64,000 nt of DNA from Emiliania huxleyi CCMP1516 (taxonomy: Eukaryota), in contig NW_005201327.1 in assembly GCF_000372725.1 (NCBI RefSeq), positions 15,022-79,021 on the forward strand, written 5' to 3'. Positions 1 through 12,225 of the stretch are shown piece by piece (positions within the stretch are counted from its first letter, which is position 1; each line of letters opens with the position of its first letter). Below the pieces are notes generated by a model, which worked only from the letters and a program-made list of their open reading frames with translations, was not told the DNA's origin and ran no database searches. The position numbers were made by a program, and so were the translations under genes.

Positions 1-809
1 GAGGCGGACAGGCGGCCGGCCAGACGGCGGCGGTCAGAGGGCAGCGGGCGGGAGCCCTCCTCCTCCTCCCCCACCTCCTCCTCCGCGCCCGGGCCGCCAA
101 CCTCGAGAAACGGCAGGCGGAGGAAGGGGAGCAGCCCCGAGGCGCCGCGTGCGAGCAGTGAGGGAGGCGGCCCGCCGACGGAGGAGCGGCCGAAGAGGCT
201 GCGCCACAGGCCGAGCGGGCCGTCCCCGGCCGACTCGTCCGCGGCGGGCGCGGAGTACGCGTCCGCGTCGCGCGCCTCGAGCGCCGCCGTCCCGAAGATT
301 GGAGCCGTGCCGGCGACGATGGAGGCGAGCACGGGCGGAGGGCGGGGCGCCGCGGCCGCGGCGGCGGCGGGCGAGTGCAGCTCAATCACGAGGAGGCTGC
401 CGGGCAGCGGCGGCGTCACGAGCGTGCCGGCGCGGGCGCCGCCCTCCACGGCACTCCGCCCGGTCCGGCGCAACGACTCGGCCGTCCACGCTCCCTGCGC
501 GCCGACGCCGCGCTCGCCGTGCACAAAGAGCCGCTCGCCGGGCCGGAGCGCGAGCGCCTCCAGGCGCGCCGAGAGCCACGCACAGCCCGGCGGCCCGCGC
601 ACCGCAAGTCGGTGCACGGTCGAGCCGTCAGAGAGCGAGGCGGTCTCGTTGAGCGCGGCGCCAAGGTGGACGACGTGGTTGAGAGGCAGGCTGTCGTCTG
701 CGGCGGCGGCGGCGGGTGGCGGCGGAGGAGGCGCTGGCGGGAGCTGTAGGGTCGGCGGGGGCGGGAGGCCGTGGCGGAGGGACGGGGCGAGACCGCGCGC
801 CGCCTTCAT
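1..809 (-). CDS. Lysyl-endopeptidase (Achromobacter protease I)-like serine protease, N-terminal prodomain; continues beyond window start
   Basis: Open frame from ATG at 809 to base 1, not in the ORF track. Reads ..LSDGSTVHRLAVRGPPGCAWLSARLEALALRPGERLFVHG..QGAWTAES..GTLVTPPLPGSLLVIELHSP.. like bacterial lysyl-endopeptidase propeptides, and ends ..RRRLAGRLSA at the window edge. Confidence 0.55.
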   Translation of the reverse strand, partial: MKAARGLAPSLRHGLPPPPTLQLPPAPPPPPPAAAAADDSLPLNHVVHLGAALNETASLSDGSTVHRLAVRGPPGCAWLSARLEALALRPGERLFVHGERGVGAQGAWTAESLRRTGRSAVEGGARAGTLVTPPLPGSLLVIELHSPAAAAAAAPRPPPVLASIVAGTAPIFGTAALEARDADAYSAPAADESAGDGPLGLWRSLFGRSSVGGPPPSLLARGASGLLPFLRLPFLEVGGPGAEEEVGEEEEGSRPLPSDRRRLAGRLSA

Positions 810-911
810 GCGTGGCGGTGAAGCAGCGCGGTCCGGCAAGTCGCGGAGCGATGTTTCGCTCCTTTGGGTGTGCGAAAAGAATTTTATCGGGTTTCGCGAG
901 TGCGGTTGATA

Positions 912-2138
912 CAAGAAGGACGGAGTTGCGCCGAGAGGCGAAAGAAGCCGCGAGAACAAGGGACCGGCAGGCGGCGGCGTCGCAGGACGAGGCAGAAGAG
1001 AACGACGCGACAGAGGGGGAAGTGACAAGGGAGAGAACGACGAGAGTGGGACAGCCGCGAGGTGGCATGAAGGTTGCAGCGAGAAGCGGCGAGAGACTGC
1101 GAAAAGAGATACGAGGAGGCAGACCCCCCAGGGTGGGCGACGGCTAGCGCATCACACCCTCCTCTCCTTAAAATCCCTGTGTGGTGGCGGCGTGCCGTTC
1201 TCCCATCCCTCCCTTGGGTTGTGTGTTTTCTTTCTTTCTTTCTTGATACAAGAACCGTTCTCCCATCCCTCCCTTGGGTTGTCTGTTTTCTTTCTTTCTT
1301 TCTTTTGATACAAGAACGGGAGGCGCCGGACTCAAAAGACACCGCCACATCCCTGAGACGAGTCCTCCTTAAAGGCAATGGGGTCTAGATTCGGAGCGCT
1401 CGCCGAAGAGGAGTACGACAAAATAGCGCCCGTGATTGCCTGCACGCTGCCCGCACTCACGGACTCCATACCCGAAAGAAAGAGGAGGGAGCTCGCGGGA
1501 GAGGTGACGAGTGAACTACAGGCAGTGGGGAAGGCAGCCTCGATTGCCATACAGACATGGGTGCGAAACAACGACACGACCAAGGCACGGGCAGAGGAAC
1601 GAGAGAAGAATATAGGGTGGATAAAGCGCCTGTTCACGCATGGAGGGTGAGCCACGCCGAACGTACTGAACGTAGAGCCGAGCGGGAGGAAGAGGGGGAA
1701 GACGACTCCGAGGAGGACGAACCAGTGGAAATCCCGTTGTCAGCCGTCACGATGCACCCGAAGGGGACCACAGCGCCGGCCTCATCAGTGAGGGCACAAG
1801 TGTTCGAAGAGAGAGTCGACCTGAGCAACAACATGACCTGGAGGCAAATGATCGGAGTGGGAGTCAGAAATGTGGTCCTTGCGCGAGGGGAGCTCGATAG
1901 ACTCGAGGGGCCAGGATATGCAGCGAGGAGATTGAGTGCGGCATCAATTGCAGCGAGAATCGGCGAGAGACTGCGAAGAGAGATAGGAAGAGGCGGACGC
2001 CCAAGGGGGTGGGCGACGGCTAGCGTACCACACCCCTCCTCCCCTCCTCCTTGCTTAAAATCCCTGTGTGGGGGGGCGGCGTGCCGTCCAGCGTCCTCCC
2101 ATCCCTCCCTTGGGTTGTCCGTTTTCTTTCTTTCTTTT
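912..2138 (+). mobile_element. Three nested 5'-truncated non-LTR retrotransposon copies with (TTTC)n tails
   Basis: Shared 3' end CTCCCATCCCTCCCTTGGGTTGT..(TTTC)n ending near 1242, 1304 and 2138. TSD CGGTTGATA at 903-911 and 2139-2147; TSD TTGATACAAGAA at 906-917, 1243-1254 and 1305-1316. Degenerate ORF remnant 1378-2010. Confidence 0.8.
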
Positions 2139-2359
2139 CGGTTGATAACTGCACTCCAAGTGCTCCAAGTTACTAGCTCACACATCGGCACACCGCAAAA
2201 AAGACGGGAGAGGTGCCAGGAGACCGTGGACCATGCATAAATCTCTTGGGTCCCGGATTCGCATCTCGCCACTCTCGGATACGTTCCACGTTCGCAGGTG
2301 GCGAACAGGCACGTGGGCGACGCGGCTACACAGAGCCTTGCACCCTTTCTCCCTTCTCA

Positions 2360-3827
2360 TCACTGCCCCGGCGCCCACACCTCGATCTTCTTGGGCAGCC
2401 GCTGGATCTTGTCGTCGCCGTGGCCCAACTGGCCAGAGGCTCCAAGGCCCCAGCTCCAGACGCTGCCGTCGGCGGTGATGGCGAGGCTGTGCAGACCTCC
2501 AGCCGACACAGCGACGACGCGCTGCCCCGCCAAGGCTTCGATCTTCTTCGGCAGCAGCTGGTTCTGCTCGTCGCCGTGGCCCAACTGGCCGTAGCCTCCA
2601 ACGCTCCAGGTCCAGACAGTGCCGTCGGCGGCGAGGGCGAGGCTGTGCGCGTGTCCAGCCGACACAGCGATCACGCGCCGCCCCACCAAGGCCTCGATCT
2701 TCTTCGGCAGTAGCTGTTGCTGCTGGTTGCTGTGGCCCAACTGGCCTTCGCGTCCACGCCCCCAGCTCCAGACGGCGCCGTTGGCGGTGAGGGCGAGGCT
2801 GTGGTTGGCTCCAGTCGACACAGCGACAACGCGCTGCCCCGCCAAAGCTTCGATCTTCTTGGGCAGCAGCTGGTCCTGCTCGTCGCCGTGGCCCAGCTGG
2901 CCTTGGCCTCCACAGCCCCAGCTCCAGACAGCGCCGTCGGCGGTGATGGCGAGGTTGTGGAATGACTCAGCCGACACAGCGACGACGCGCTGGCCAGCAA
3001 AGGCCTCGATCTTCGTGGGCAGCAGCTGTTGCTGCTCGTCGCCGTGGCCCAGCTTGCCATGGCTCCCAAAGCCCTAGCTCCAGACGGCACCGTCGGCGGT
3101 GAGGGCGAGGCTGTGACTTTCTCCCGAGACAGCGACGACGTGCTGGCCAGCAAAGGTCTCGATCTTCTTCGGCAGGAGCTGGCGCTGCTCGTCGCCGTGG
3201 CCCAGCTCGCCAAAGACTCCACTGCCCCAGCTCCAGACAGCGCCGCCGGCGGTGAGGGCCAAGCTGTGCGCGTCTCCGGCCGACACACTCACGGCGCGCT
3301 CGCCGCCCAGCGTGGACGTGAGGCGGGTGGGCGGGTTGGGCCGCAGCACGCCCACGCCGTGGCCAAGGAGGCCTGGAAGTACTTCCTCGTCCTCGTCCTC
3401 GTCGTCCTCCGCGCCTTCCAAAGCCGAGCCGCACGACGAGAGCCGCCCCTCGCCGTCGATGAAGACGCTGTGCCGGTCACCTGCCGTCGCCCTCGCCGGC
3501 GGGTTGGACTCGCACAGCAACGCCGAATAGCACAGCCACCGCACGGCGCAGCCCTCGCCCTCTGGCTGCGCCGGCAGCTCGAAGCCGCGCTCTTGCGCCC
3601 ACAAGCGGATGGCCTCCACCGCAAGCGAGGCGTGAAAGAGCAGCGAGACGGCCGCGACGCGAGCGATATCGGCGGGGTCGCAGCGAGAGAGGGCGCGCAC
3701 GAGGAGCTCCGTGGGGAGGTCGAGGAGGCGGGTGGGCGGCGGCGTGTCTGGCGAGGGATCGGCTGCGGTGTCGGCGGCGGCGCTGTGGCGAGGCGGCGGG
3801 AGCGGCGCGGACCGCGGTGTCTGACAT
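2360..3827 (-). pseudogene. F-box + 7 RCC1-repeat protein pseudogene (copy 1)
   Basis: [25 protein letters not shown]-box-like motif, then [22 protein letters not shown] repeats. 7-bp insertion near 3811 relative to copy 3 (frameshift) and TGG>TAG stop at 3074-3076. Confidence 0.85.
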
Positions 3828-3849
3828 CGTAAAAAGAAAATTTCCGGAC

Positions 3850-4002
3850 GTGCGGTACTAACTGCACTCCAACTTCACCTTTCTACCTACCTACCTACTC
3901 CAAGTGCTCCAAGTGCTCTTCTACCGACCAAGTGCTCCAAGTTACCTCCCCGGCCCTGGATGTGAGGCTACCGACTGCACTCCAAGTGCTCCAAGTGCTC
4001 CA
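3850..4002 (+). repeat. Hairpin plus (CAAGTGCTC)n tail repeats
   Basis: GTGCGGT-ACTA-ACTGCAC followed by several CCAAGTGCT units. The same motif occurs at 2148-2170 and, reversed, at about 35125-35165. Confidence 0.6.
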
Positions 4003-4135
4003 GAAGGCGCGAGTCCAGCCTCGCATTCACACACGCAGAGACAAGGTGCAGAAAAGAAGCTGCAGGAACGCTGGAGCCCCTCTCCCGCCCCCGGAGGGAC
4101 GGAGCGCGCCCCGGGCGGCGGGCGGCACGGGTCTC

Positions 4136-5467
4136 TTAAAGTTTCACGGTCAGAGCCCGACGTGCAGGAACATGTCGAGCTCGATGCCGATCGGACTGCC
4201 GACCGCCCCCTCCCAGTGCGCCCGGTGCGTGTCGATGGCGCCTGCGCGCATGCGAGGCGGACGAGAGGGGCGCGCAGTGGGCGGGTAACGGGCGCGGGCA
4301 GGTCGCGAGGGCAGGTCGGTGGGCGTGGGCGGCGAATGGGATCGCACCTCGAAAGTCGGCCGCCTCCACATTGGCCGAACGGAAGGACGCATCGGTAAGG
4401 ACGGCGCCGCGGAAGTCGGCGGACCGGAAGTCGCCGTGCGACAGGTCCGCGTGCGCGAGCTTGGCGCGCTGCAAGTCCGCGCCCGCCCACAGCCCGCGGC
4501 GCAGCGTCGCCACGAGCAGGGAGGCGTCGGAGAGGTCCGCGGCCTCGAAGCTCGCGCCTTCGCCCGCCGCCATCGTCAGGTCGGCCCCGCGCAGGCTGGC
4601 GCGCGAGAAGTTGGCGTGCGAGAGGCTCGAGCTCACCATGACGGCGCCTTCTAGCCGCGCGCCCCTGGCAGACGCGCCCGCCATCACTGCGCTGCGCATG
4701 CTCGCCCCGCGCAGATCGGCGCCGTCCAGGAGCGCGCCGCGCATGTCCACGCCGTCAAAGGACGCACCCCGGAGCGACTGCCGCCGCAGCTCCGCGAGAC
4801 GCAGGTGCGAGCACGGCCCAAAGTCGGCGGCGGGCGCCTGCAGGAGCTGCGCCTCGAGGCAGCGGTTGGGAGGCGGACTCGGCGGACGCGACGGCGGCGG
4901 TGGAAGCGGCGGCGGGGACGGCGTCGGCGGCGACGGCGACGGCGGCGGAGGTGGCGGCGGCGGCGGCGGCGACGGCGACGGTGACAGAGGTGGCGGCGGC
5001 GGCGGCGGCGACGGCGACGGCGGCGGAGGTGGCGAAGGTGGCGGCGACGGCGGCGGCGGCGGCGACGGTGGCGGCGGCGGCGACGGTGGTCGCGACGGCG
5101 GCGGCGTCGGCGGCGGCAGTGACGGCGGCGACGGCGGCGGCGTCGGAAGGGGAGGCGCGGGCCGGCGAATCATCTCCGAGTTGAGGTTTTTGAGGGTCGC
5201 CGTGACCGCGCCGCCGTATCTGGGGGGTTTGAGGCGGCAGGCGTGCTCACCCATCGGGAGGACGTGCCGTATGGGCTCCTTGTGGAGTTCGCAGCGTTCG
5301 TAAGGGAAATGGTAATCGATCGCGATGCATTCCGGACTGGCGAAGCACATGGCCTGGCACTCGGCTTCGCTCACGCGCCAGTACTCGTCCAACGATCCCG
5401 TCGCGGCATTCACTGTCCTGCAGGCACCGCGCTTACCGCCCGCGAGAGGCCAGAAGGTGGCCATCAC
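4136..5467 (-). CDS. PAN/apple-like domain + Pro-rich stalk + pentapeptide-repeat protein (5' exon uncertain)
   Basis: ECQAMCFASPECIAIDY..RCELH (PAN/apple pattern), a (SPPP)n linker and A(D/S)LRG-type pentapeptide repeats. AG acceptor just upstream of 5467. Confidence 0.7.
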   Translation of the reverse strand: MMATFWPLAGGKRGACRTVNAATGSLDEYWRVSEAECQAMCFASPECIAIDYHFPYERCELHKEPIRHVLPMGEHACRLKPPRYGGAVTATLKNLNSEMIRRPAPPLPTPPPSPPSLPPPTPPPSRPPSPPPPPSPPPPPSPPPSPPPPPSPSPPPPPPPLSPSPSPPPPPPPPPPSPSPPTPSPPPLPPPPSRPPSPPPNRCLEAQLLQAPAADFGPCSHLRLAELRRQSLRGASFDGVDMRGALLDGADLRGASMRSAVMAGASARGARLEGAVMVSSSLSHANFSRASLRGADLTMAAGEGASFEAADLSDASLLVATLRRGLWAGADLQRAKLAHADLSHGDFRSADFRGAVLTDASFRSANVEAADFRGAIPFAAHAHRPALATCPRPLPAHCAPLSSASHARRRHRHAPGALGGGGRQSDRHRARHVPARRALTVKL

Positions 5468-5740
5468 CTGTGTCGTGGGTCAGGGTTTTTTTTTGTTATG
5501 CCTAATGACAGCATGATCTCAGGGAACACGGCGCACGCATGGCATATCGCTCTCTTCACAGACACCAGTCGAGATACCTCGCACTCCATCCATGTGCGAG
5601 GAACGCAGAGCGAAATGAAAGCAGTCCGGCTCACAAGTCCAGCTCACTCACTCACTCACGCACGAGCCCCGAGCTGAGGACCCTCCACACACTGACTGAG
5701 CACCACTTTCGCCCCCTCGCCCCTAACTAACTCTGAAGCG

Positions 5741-6511
<771 letters not shown>

Positions 6512-6690
6512 AAAGCGGGTGGCGCTGTGGGAAAGTTCTTGCAAAAAGGGAGAAAAATGGCTGTGCGGGATGTCTGTGGGCCCGAGAGCAGCGATGTGCC
6601 ATGTGTGAGTCCGCCTTGCGTTTCTTTCAAAACAGAAAAAGCTCTATCGGACGGACGCACCGCACCGCACAACTGTGCCCGACTGCGTGC

Positions 6691-7416
6691 ATGCAGACGC
6701 CTCCCGCAGACGAGTGGGAGCGCGCCGCGCCGCACCTTCCCTGCAGGCTGCTCAAAGGCCTCCTCTACGTCGAGCTGCAGTACCACGTCCTCCTTCTCTG
6801 CGGATTCGCCTTCTACGATGCGGACGCCTACGGCTTGCTCCTTGGTGGCTGGGTAATCATGTGCTATCCCATCTTTGCGCTCTTGAGCATCGTGGGTGCC
6901 TCGCTGGTGCTGTGCTGCCCGATTGGACGCCCACTGTCGACGCTGAGATGCTCGCTCTGCCTGATCACGACGGCAGGCATCCTGAGTCTCGTGACGTTCC
7001 CAATCTTTTTGTACTTCACCTTTGCCATGCACGTTGGTGCGCTCTTCGGAGGGGGCTGTGCAGATGACGACCCCGATTGCTACTCAAGCGGCCTTAGTAT
7101 TGCCAGCCAGCCGGAGGATGAAATCGCGGAGGAGCTTCGAGCGTGTTTTTTTTGGTGGATCTATTGCGGGCTGACGGCCCTCACCGGCGCCGCACGAGTC
7201 GTGATTGCCTGCTGCGCGAACTCGAGCGCGGGCGCTGTGGCGCTCGCACTGGCAGGCACGGACGGCAGCGTTCAGGTGCCGTCCGACGGCTCTAGTGCTC
7301 ACCGGACCGTATGGTCTACGACGGCCGTGCTGTTGCCATTAGGTGGCTCCCTAAACACCTGTCGGCGCCGCTCGTCGAAGCGGAAACGGGGCCCCGGCTC
7401 CGTAACTCTCCGTTAG
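6691..7416 (+). CDS. Four-transmembrane protein with a Cys-containing loop
   Basis: ATG at 6691; four hydrophobic segments with a GGGCADDDPDC loop between TM3 and TM4. The last codons run into a dispersed repeat. Confidence 0.55.
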   Translation: MQTPPADEWERAAPHLPCRLLKGLLYVELQYHVLLLCGFAFYDADAYGLLLGGWVIMCYPIFALLSIVGASLVLCCPIGRPLSTLRCSLCLITTAGILSLVTFPIFLYFTFAMHVGALFGGGCADDDPDCYSSGLSIASQPEDEIAEELRACFFWWIYCGLTALTGAARVVIACCANSSAGAVALALAGTDGSVQVPSDGSSAHRTVWSTTAVLLPLGGSLNTCRRRSSKRKRGPGSVTLR

Positions 7417-7483
7417 CACCGATTTCCCGATTTATCCCGGCGGTGTAACAGAGGGAAGATTTGGAGAGATCTCGAGGAGTACA

Positions 7484-8467
7484 TCAGTAACCAGCCTCCG
7501 GCGGGGCCCCCCGCTACCATCCAAACCCGAGTACAAAGCGCCTCTCCGAGAGCGCTGCGCAGACGGTCTACTTACTAATCATAGAGGCTCAAGTGCGACA
7601 AGTCCACACACATAACATGCGACACGGGTGCCTGCCATACACAAAGCATTACTCTCACGACACACGGGCACCGGAGCGGCGGCAGCGGCGGCAGCAGCAC
7701 ACGCGGGCGGACGGATTCGGACGGGGCGGAGCAGCGACCGCCTGGGCGGCCGCTGCTCTGTCTGCCGAGCGCGGTCAGGTGCAGGGAAGCGTGGCGGCGC
7801 GGGGAAGCGCCGCGGCGGCGGCGGCGGCGGCGGCGGCAGCGGCACGCGCGGGCGGACGGACTCGGACGGGGCGGAGCAGCGACCGCCTGGGCGGCCGCTG
7901 CTCTGTCTGCCAGAGCGCGCCGTCTGCGCAGCGCGGTCAGGTGCAGGGAAGCGTGGCGGCGCGGGGAAGCGCGGCGGCGGTGGCGAGCAGGCGAGCGGCC
8001 CGCGCGCGGCGAGGCGGACAGGTGATCGGCAGGCGGGTGATGGGCCGGAGAGTGACCGCGCCCAGCGATCGGAGACGAGCCGATCGTCGCTCGGCCGCAG
8101 CTGACCTCGAAGGCGTGCGGAGCGCGACTGTCGGTGTCGGGGGGCGGCCGTCATGTGGCGAGGAGGGAGGACGACAAGTGCGCGTCGTACGGGTCGCTCT
8201 TCATCGGCCAGTCGAGCGGCACTCAAGTCGAGACCGAGCATGGGCGACGAAAAGCCGGTGGGGCCGGTGGGAGGTATTGGTTTCGCGCTTTCAAAAGCGG
8301 CTTCGCGCGCAGCGCAACTTTGGGTTTGCCACGAAAAGCGCTTCCAGTGGAAATGGGGGCTACTGGGGCGGCCAATTCACACCTCGCGGGACTACTTATG
8401 TTTTCGTAAACGTAGTTGTGGCCCCCCGCTACGTCGCACGAGTGCAACCGGGTAGCGGGGGGCTACA
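7484..8467 (-). mobile_element. DINE-1/Helentron-like non-autonomous element with internal tandem repeats
   Basis: Subterminal inverted repeats GCCCCCCGCTACC (7506-7518) and GGTAGCGGGGGGC (8451-8463), plus an extra copy at 8421-8432 forming a hairpin. Two roughly 140-bp internal repeats at 7675-7985. It interrupts a repeat that is uninterrupted at about 40605-40740. Confidence 0.55.
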
Positions 8468-9103
8468 AGATAGACCCTCCAACTCAGAAACCTCCAGAAA
8501 CGATAGCAGGACGAGAACGAGCTATAGTTAGAGGTAATGACCTTAGAAACTAAGCCTTAGTACAAGTCCTCTGTAATCGAGTTTTAGAGGGGTTCGCGAG
8601 AGAGGTCCAGACATTCACGGCCACGGTCATTAGATAATTCGCCCGTCACCCTCTCGAGTCGATTGGTTCAGCACTCGCCGCTCTATATCTGCCGGCGCAG
8701 CATGTGGTTCGGGAAGAGGCTGGTATTCTGCAGCTCCGCACCTGTCAGCGGGCTCGTTGACATGCTCGCGAGCCAGCGCTCAACAGCCATCCGTCACAGC
8801 TCCATGATCGCGCCGGCCGGACGGACACCACCGAGACGGCCGTTCCGGGCATTTGAACGCGACCTTCGGGGTGGGCGACATGGGCTCTATGGCTCAGACT
8901 GGACTCCCCTCGGTCCATTTTGATGCAGGGCTGGTCTGTTCGCCACAGCCGGCGTTCACACCTCGATCGGGAATCGCGCTAGTTACGCCCGTCCCCTCAG
9001 CGAGGTTCTGTCGCGGGCCGCGGAGCGCGGGCTCTGCCAAAGAGACGCGGCGCCCCATCCGCCCATGGCGGCCCTCGAGGACTAGTAGCCTCTGGGCCCA
9101 GCG

Positions 9104-11353
9104 ATGCACACCGGCGGGAACGGCGCACGGGCCTCGAGCCGCACTTTGAGCCGCCCTCGATTCAGCGCGGAATTTAGCGCGGGTGAGGCTTTCTGGACGG
9201 AGACATGGAAGTCCACCCTGGAAGTCCCACGGGGAGGAGCCGTGCGGCGTGAGGAAACACAGGACGTCTCAAAGCTGCCCGAGCGGCGGTGTAAACACTG
9301 CCTACTCCTGCTTCCGCCGCTGGCTGCAGCCACCGTCTGCTTTGCAGTGATCCTCGCCTTGGTCATGTACTACGGTGCCGTGTTGCCGCTGCAGAATCGC
9401 GGGATACGAGTGGAGATGTGCGGCGTGAGTGTGTGCGAAAAGGCGCCTGGCGTCCCTCCGACCGAGCAGGACTTTGTGGAGTGCGCCGCGCGGCATGAGG
9501 CTGCGGCGCGAGTCAACGGAACCGTGGAGGTGAATGTCACTATCCTCGCCTTCAATCCGGCCTTCATCGGTGCCGTCGTCAGCAGGATGCGAGCCGTGGT
9601 GATGCCGCCGCCGCTCCTAGCCGCATTTGGCCCGCCGCCGCCGCTGCACCTCAAAGAGCAAGCGCTCATGCGCGGCGCAATAGCCGGCTGCGCCGTGGAG
9701 GGGAGCGTCGAGCTTCCTCCGCAGGGCTGGGCCGCCTTTACGTTCCTGTGTTCGCTCTCCACCGGAATCGGTCTCCAGGACCGCATCTCGGCATACGTCT
9801 CGGGCAATGATACGAGCTGGGGCATCCGCGTCTGGGCGGACGTGGCACCGGCCGCCGCGCGCCTCCTTCGCGTGCCGGTGTCGACGGAGCCGTATGGCAA
9901 CTGGCTGGAGGTCCTCCGCTTTCCAGGCGCCGCGCTCTCCGTCCCCATAGAGAAGGCATGGCATTCTGCCCAGAACGGTTTGGCGCACTGCGACATCTTA
10001 GACCTGATGACAATGGAGTTCCCCTATCTGTACCACTGCAGCGACAGAGGGATGGATGAGCGGGCCATCGACGTCGGGCACGTCGAGACGGAGGCAGAGC
10101 ACAAGTCGTGGGGCTGCCGCGGCTACTCGGACCTCATTTGCCCGAATCCGAGGCCAAACAGCCGCCCGACGCTTGACCGAAGCGGCCAGCCGTGCCCTTC
10201 GATGCTCGACCTGACAGCCTTTGAGGCGAAGAACTTTGCCTACGATAGGCTCGGCCGCGCTGCAAAGGAGGCTGCTGAGTTTACTAAATGCCTGATGAGC
10301 CCGGTCGACGCGCTCACCGGCGCGTGCGGAGGCATCGCCGAGAACTGGAGGATGATGCCACTCACCTTTACCATCCGCAACCCCACACACCTTGCGATTA
10401 CCGTTGAGGCCGACACACGCGCCTACGTCAAGTCCGCGTTCTCGGTCGGGTGCGTACCCGGCCAGGCGACGTCCACACACACCGCAGAGGTGTTGCAGGA
10501 TGTGGCAGGACGGCTGGAAGATAACCAGGCCTTAGCCACTTGGGCGTGCGAGGAGCAGTGGGACATGGAGGCGGGGGCGTTTGTATCGAGGAACGAGGCC
10601 TTGATCACCGGCCTCCCAGCAGAGCGCTTGACCGTGCCTGCGCGAGCCGAGGCTCCGCCCGGGACCGAGAAGAGAGAGGGCCGCGTCAGAGCGAGGCTGA
10701 CCCAACCTGCCGTGCATGCAGGCCAAGGTGACGCTCCGCTTGAATCTCAGCCGGCTCCTCTTCGATCGTGAGGTGGCATTGGCCGCTTCGGCTGCAGTTT
10801 TGGAGTCTCGAATCCGCACGCGTCACTGTGCTCGTCACTTTAGGCGCGGCTAGACCTGTCCAACCTCGATGCGCTGCGCTTTCTTGGCCTCAGCGTGCAA
10901 GTCACCGCGCTCGACATGCACTTGCACTTTGAGATCCCGCGCATCCTCGCGCTGTCCGGAGGGGTCGACTTTGGAGGGGTGCACACTGAGGAGGAGCTGG
11001 CGTGGCTGGACGACATGGCGGAGGTCGCGGCGGGCCGGCTGCCAGAGACGCACCCCCACCACGGAATACCAATCTGGGGCGGCGGCGAGGTGAGCGGGCC
11101 CTCCTTCGCACTCTCAATAGTGGACGTTGGCCGCTACTATTCGCCGCCGCCGCCGCCTTTGTCCCCTCCCATGCAACCGCCGCCATCGCCGCTTTCGCCT
11201 CCGTCGCACCCACCCTTGGAGCCGCCGCTGCCATTAGAACCACCGCTTTTGGCTGACTGGCTCTCTGACCGCCCGTTTGACATCTTTGGTGGAGGCGACA
11301 ACCATGGCTCCCACAAACTACAGCATGCTTGGGAGGCGGGTGGGCTGGGCTGA
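9104..11353 (+). CDS. Membrane-anchored protein with LEA_2/WHy-like domains and Pro-rich C-terminus (intron-containing, boundaries uncertain)
   Basis: TM helix, then VNVTILAFNPAFIGAVV..VELPPQG and a second LTFTIRNPTHLAITV..LTVPARAE motif. Continues in ORF 10895-11353. Confidence 0.45.
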
Positions 11354-12225
11354 GGTACGGCTACAGATAGAGCCACTCTCTCTGATGCGTGGTGCTTGGG
11401 CCCCAGTAGCTGCACAGACAACGGCAACTTGAGACTGTGCGCACCATTACGTCTCAAGTTGCCATCAAGTGACGGCCCGGCGCACGCGCACGCACGCGCA
11501 CCCGCCATTTATTTATTACACATAGCACGCCCGTATACGTACGTGTTACTTGGTGTACCTGTGTCCGTGTCACTGGCCACTAGGGAAGCTACTAGGGTAC
11601 CGCACAGCGCACTTAAAAACTCTTTAGACTTTAGAATTAGATGCAAGTGGATGCTGCCGATGGTAATAATGATAATCGAAAGTATTTCTCCAGATAATGA
11701 AAAACCAACAAGCAAGAAGAAGATTCTGCCTTCACCCTTGTTATTTAGCGAGAGAAGCTGTCGAGATGGATGAGATGCGGATTGCATTGGCCGGGGCCGG
11801 CCAGGTGTACGCCCACGCCAGCTCACAGTCACACGCGTGCAACTCACAACATGCAAAGTCTCTCTCGCGAGCACCTCGGCTTCTCGAGATCTCGCCCCCC
11901 GCCCATTTCAAGTGAGGCCGCCGCAAAGCAGCCCCGCCCTCCACAACCCTCCCCAGGGCAGCGGCCAAATCGCTTGGCTGTTTGTGACACGCTCGAGGCA
12001 CCGCCGCCGCCGGCGGTAGGCGCCCCGTCGCCTCACTCCGCCGCCCTCACGTCCGCACACGCCTCCCTCTCACGCAACCCCTCACTTCCACTCGGGCGCG
12101 TGGAACGTCGCCCTCCGACCGGCGGGCGCGACCGAGGCGCGCCGGCTGCTCGCGCGCTGCACGTGGGCCGAGATCGACGAGTGGCGCCGGCTGCCCGCGA
12201 CCTATTGTGGCAGCGCTCGAACCGC

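Noticed and set aside
903..1316. CRISPR-like pattern of a 12-bp repeat with intervening sequences
   Set aside because: The intervening segments are copies of one element of unequal length, the repeats are TSDs, and no cas genes are present.
2146..3872. TAACTGCACTCCAA direct repeats as a TSD or ends of a mobile RCC1 cassette
   Set aside because: The motif is absent around copies 2 and 3 and recurs elsewhere as the tail of an independent repeat.
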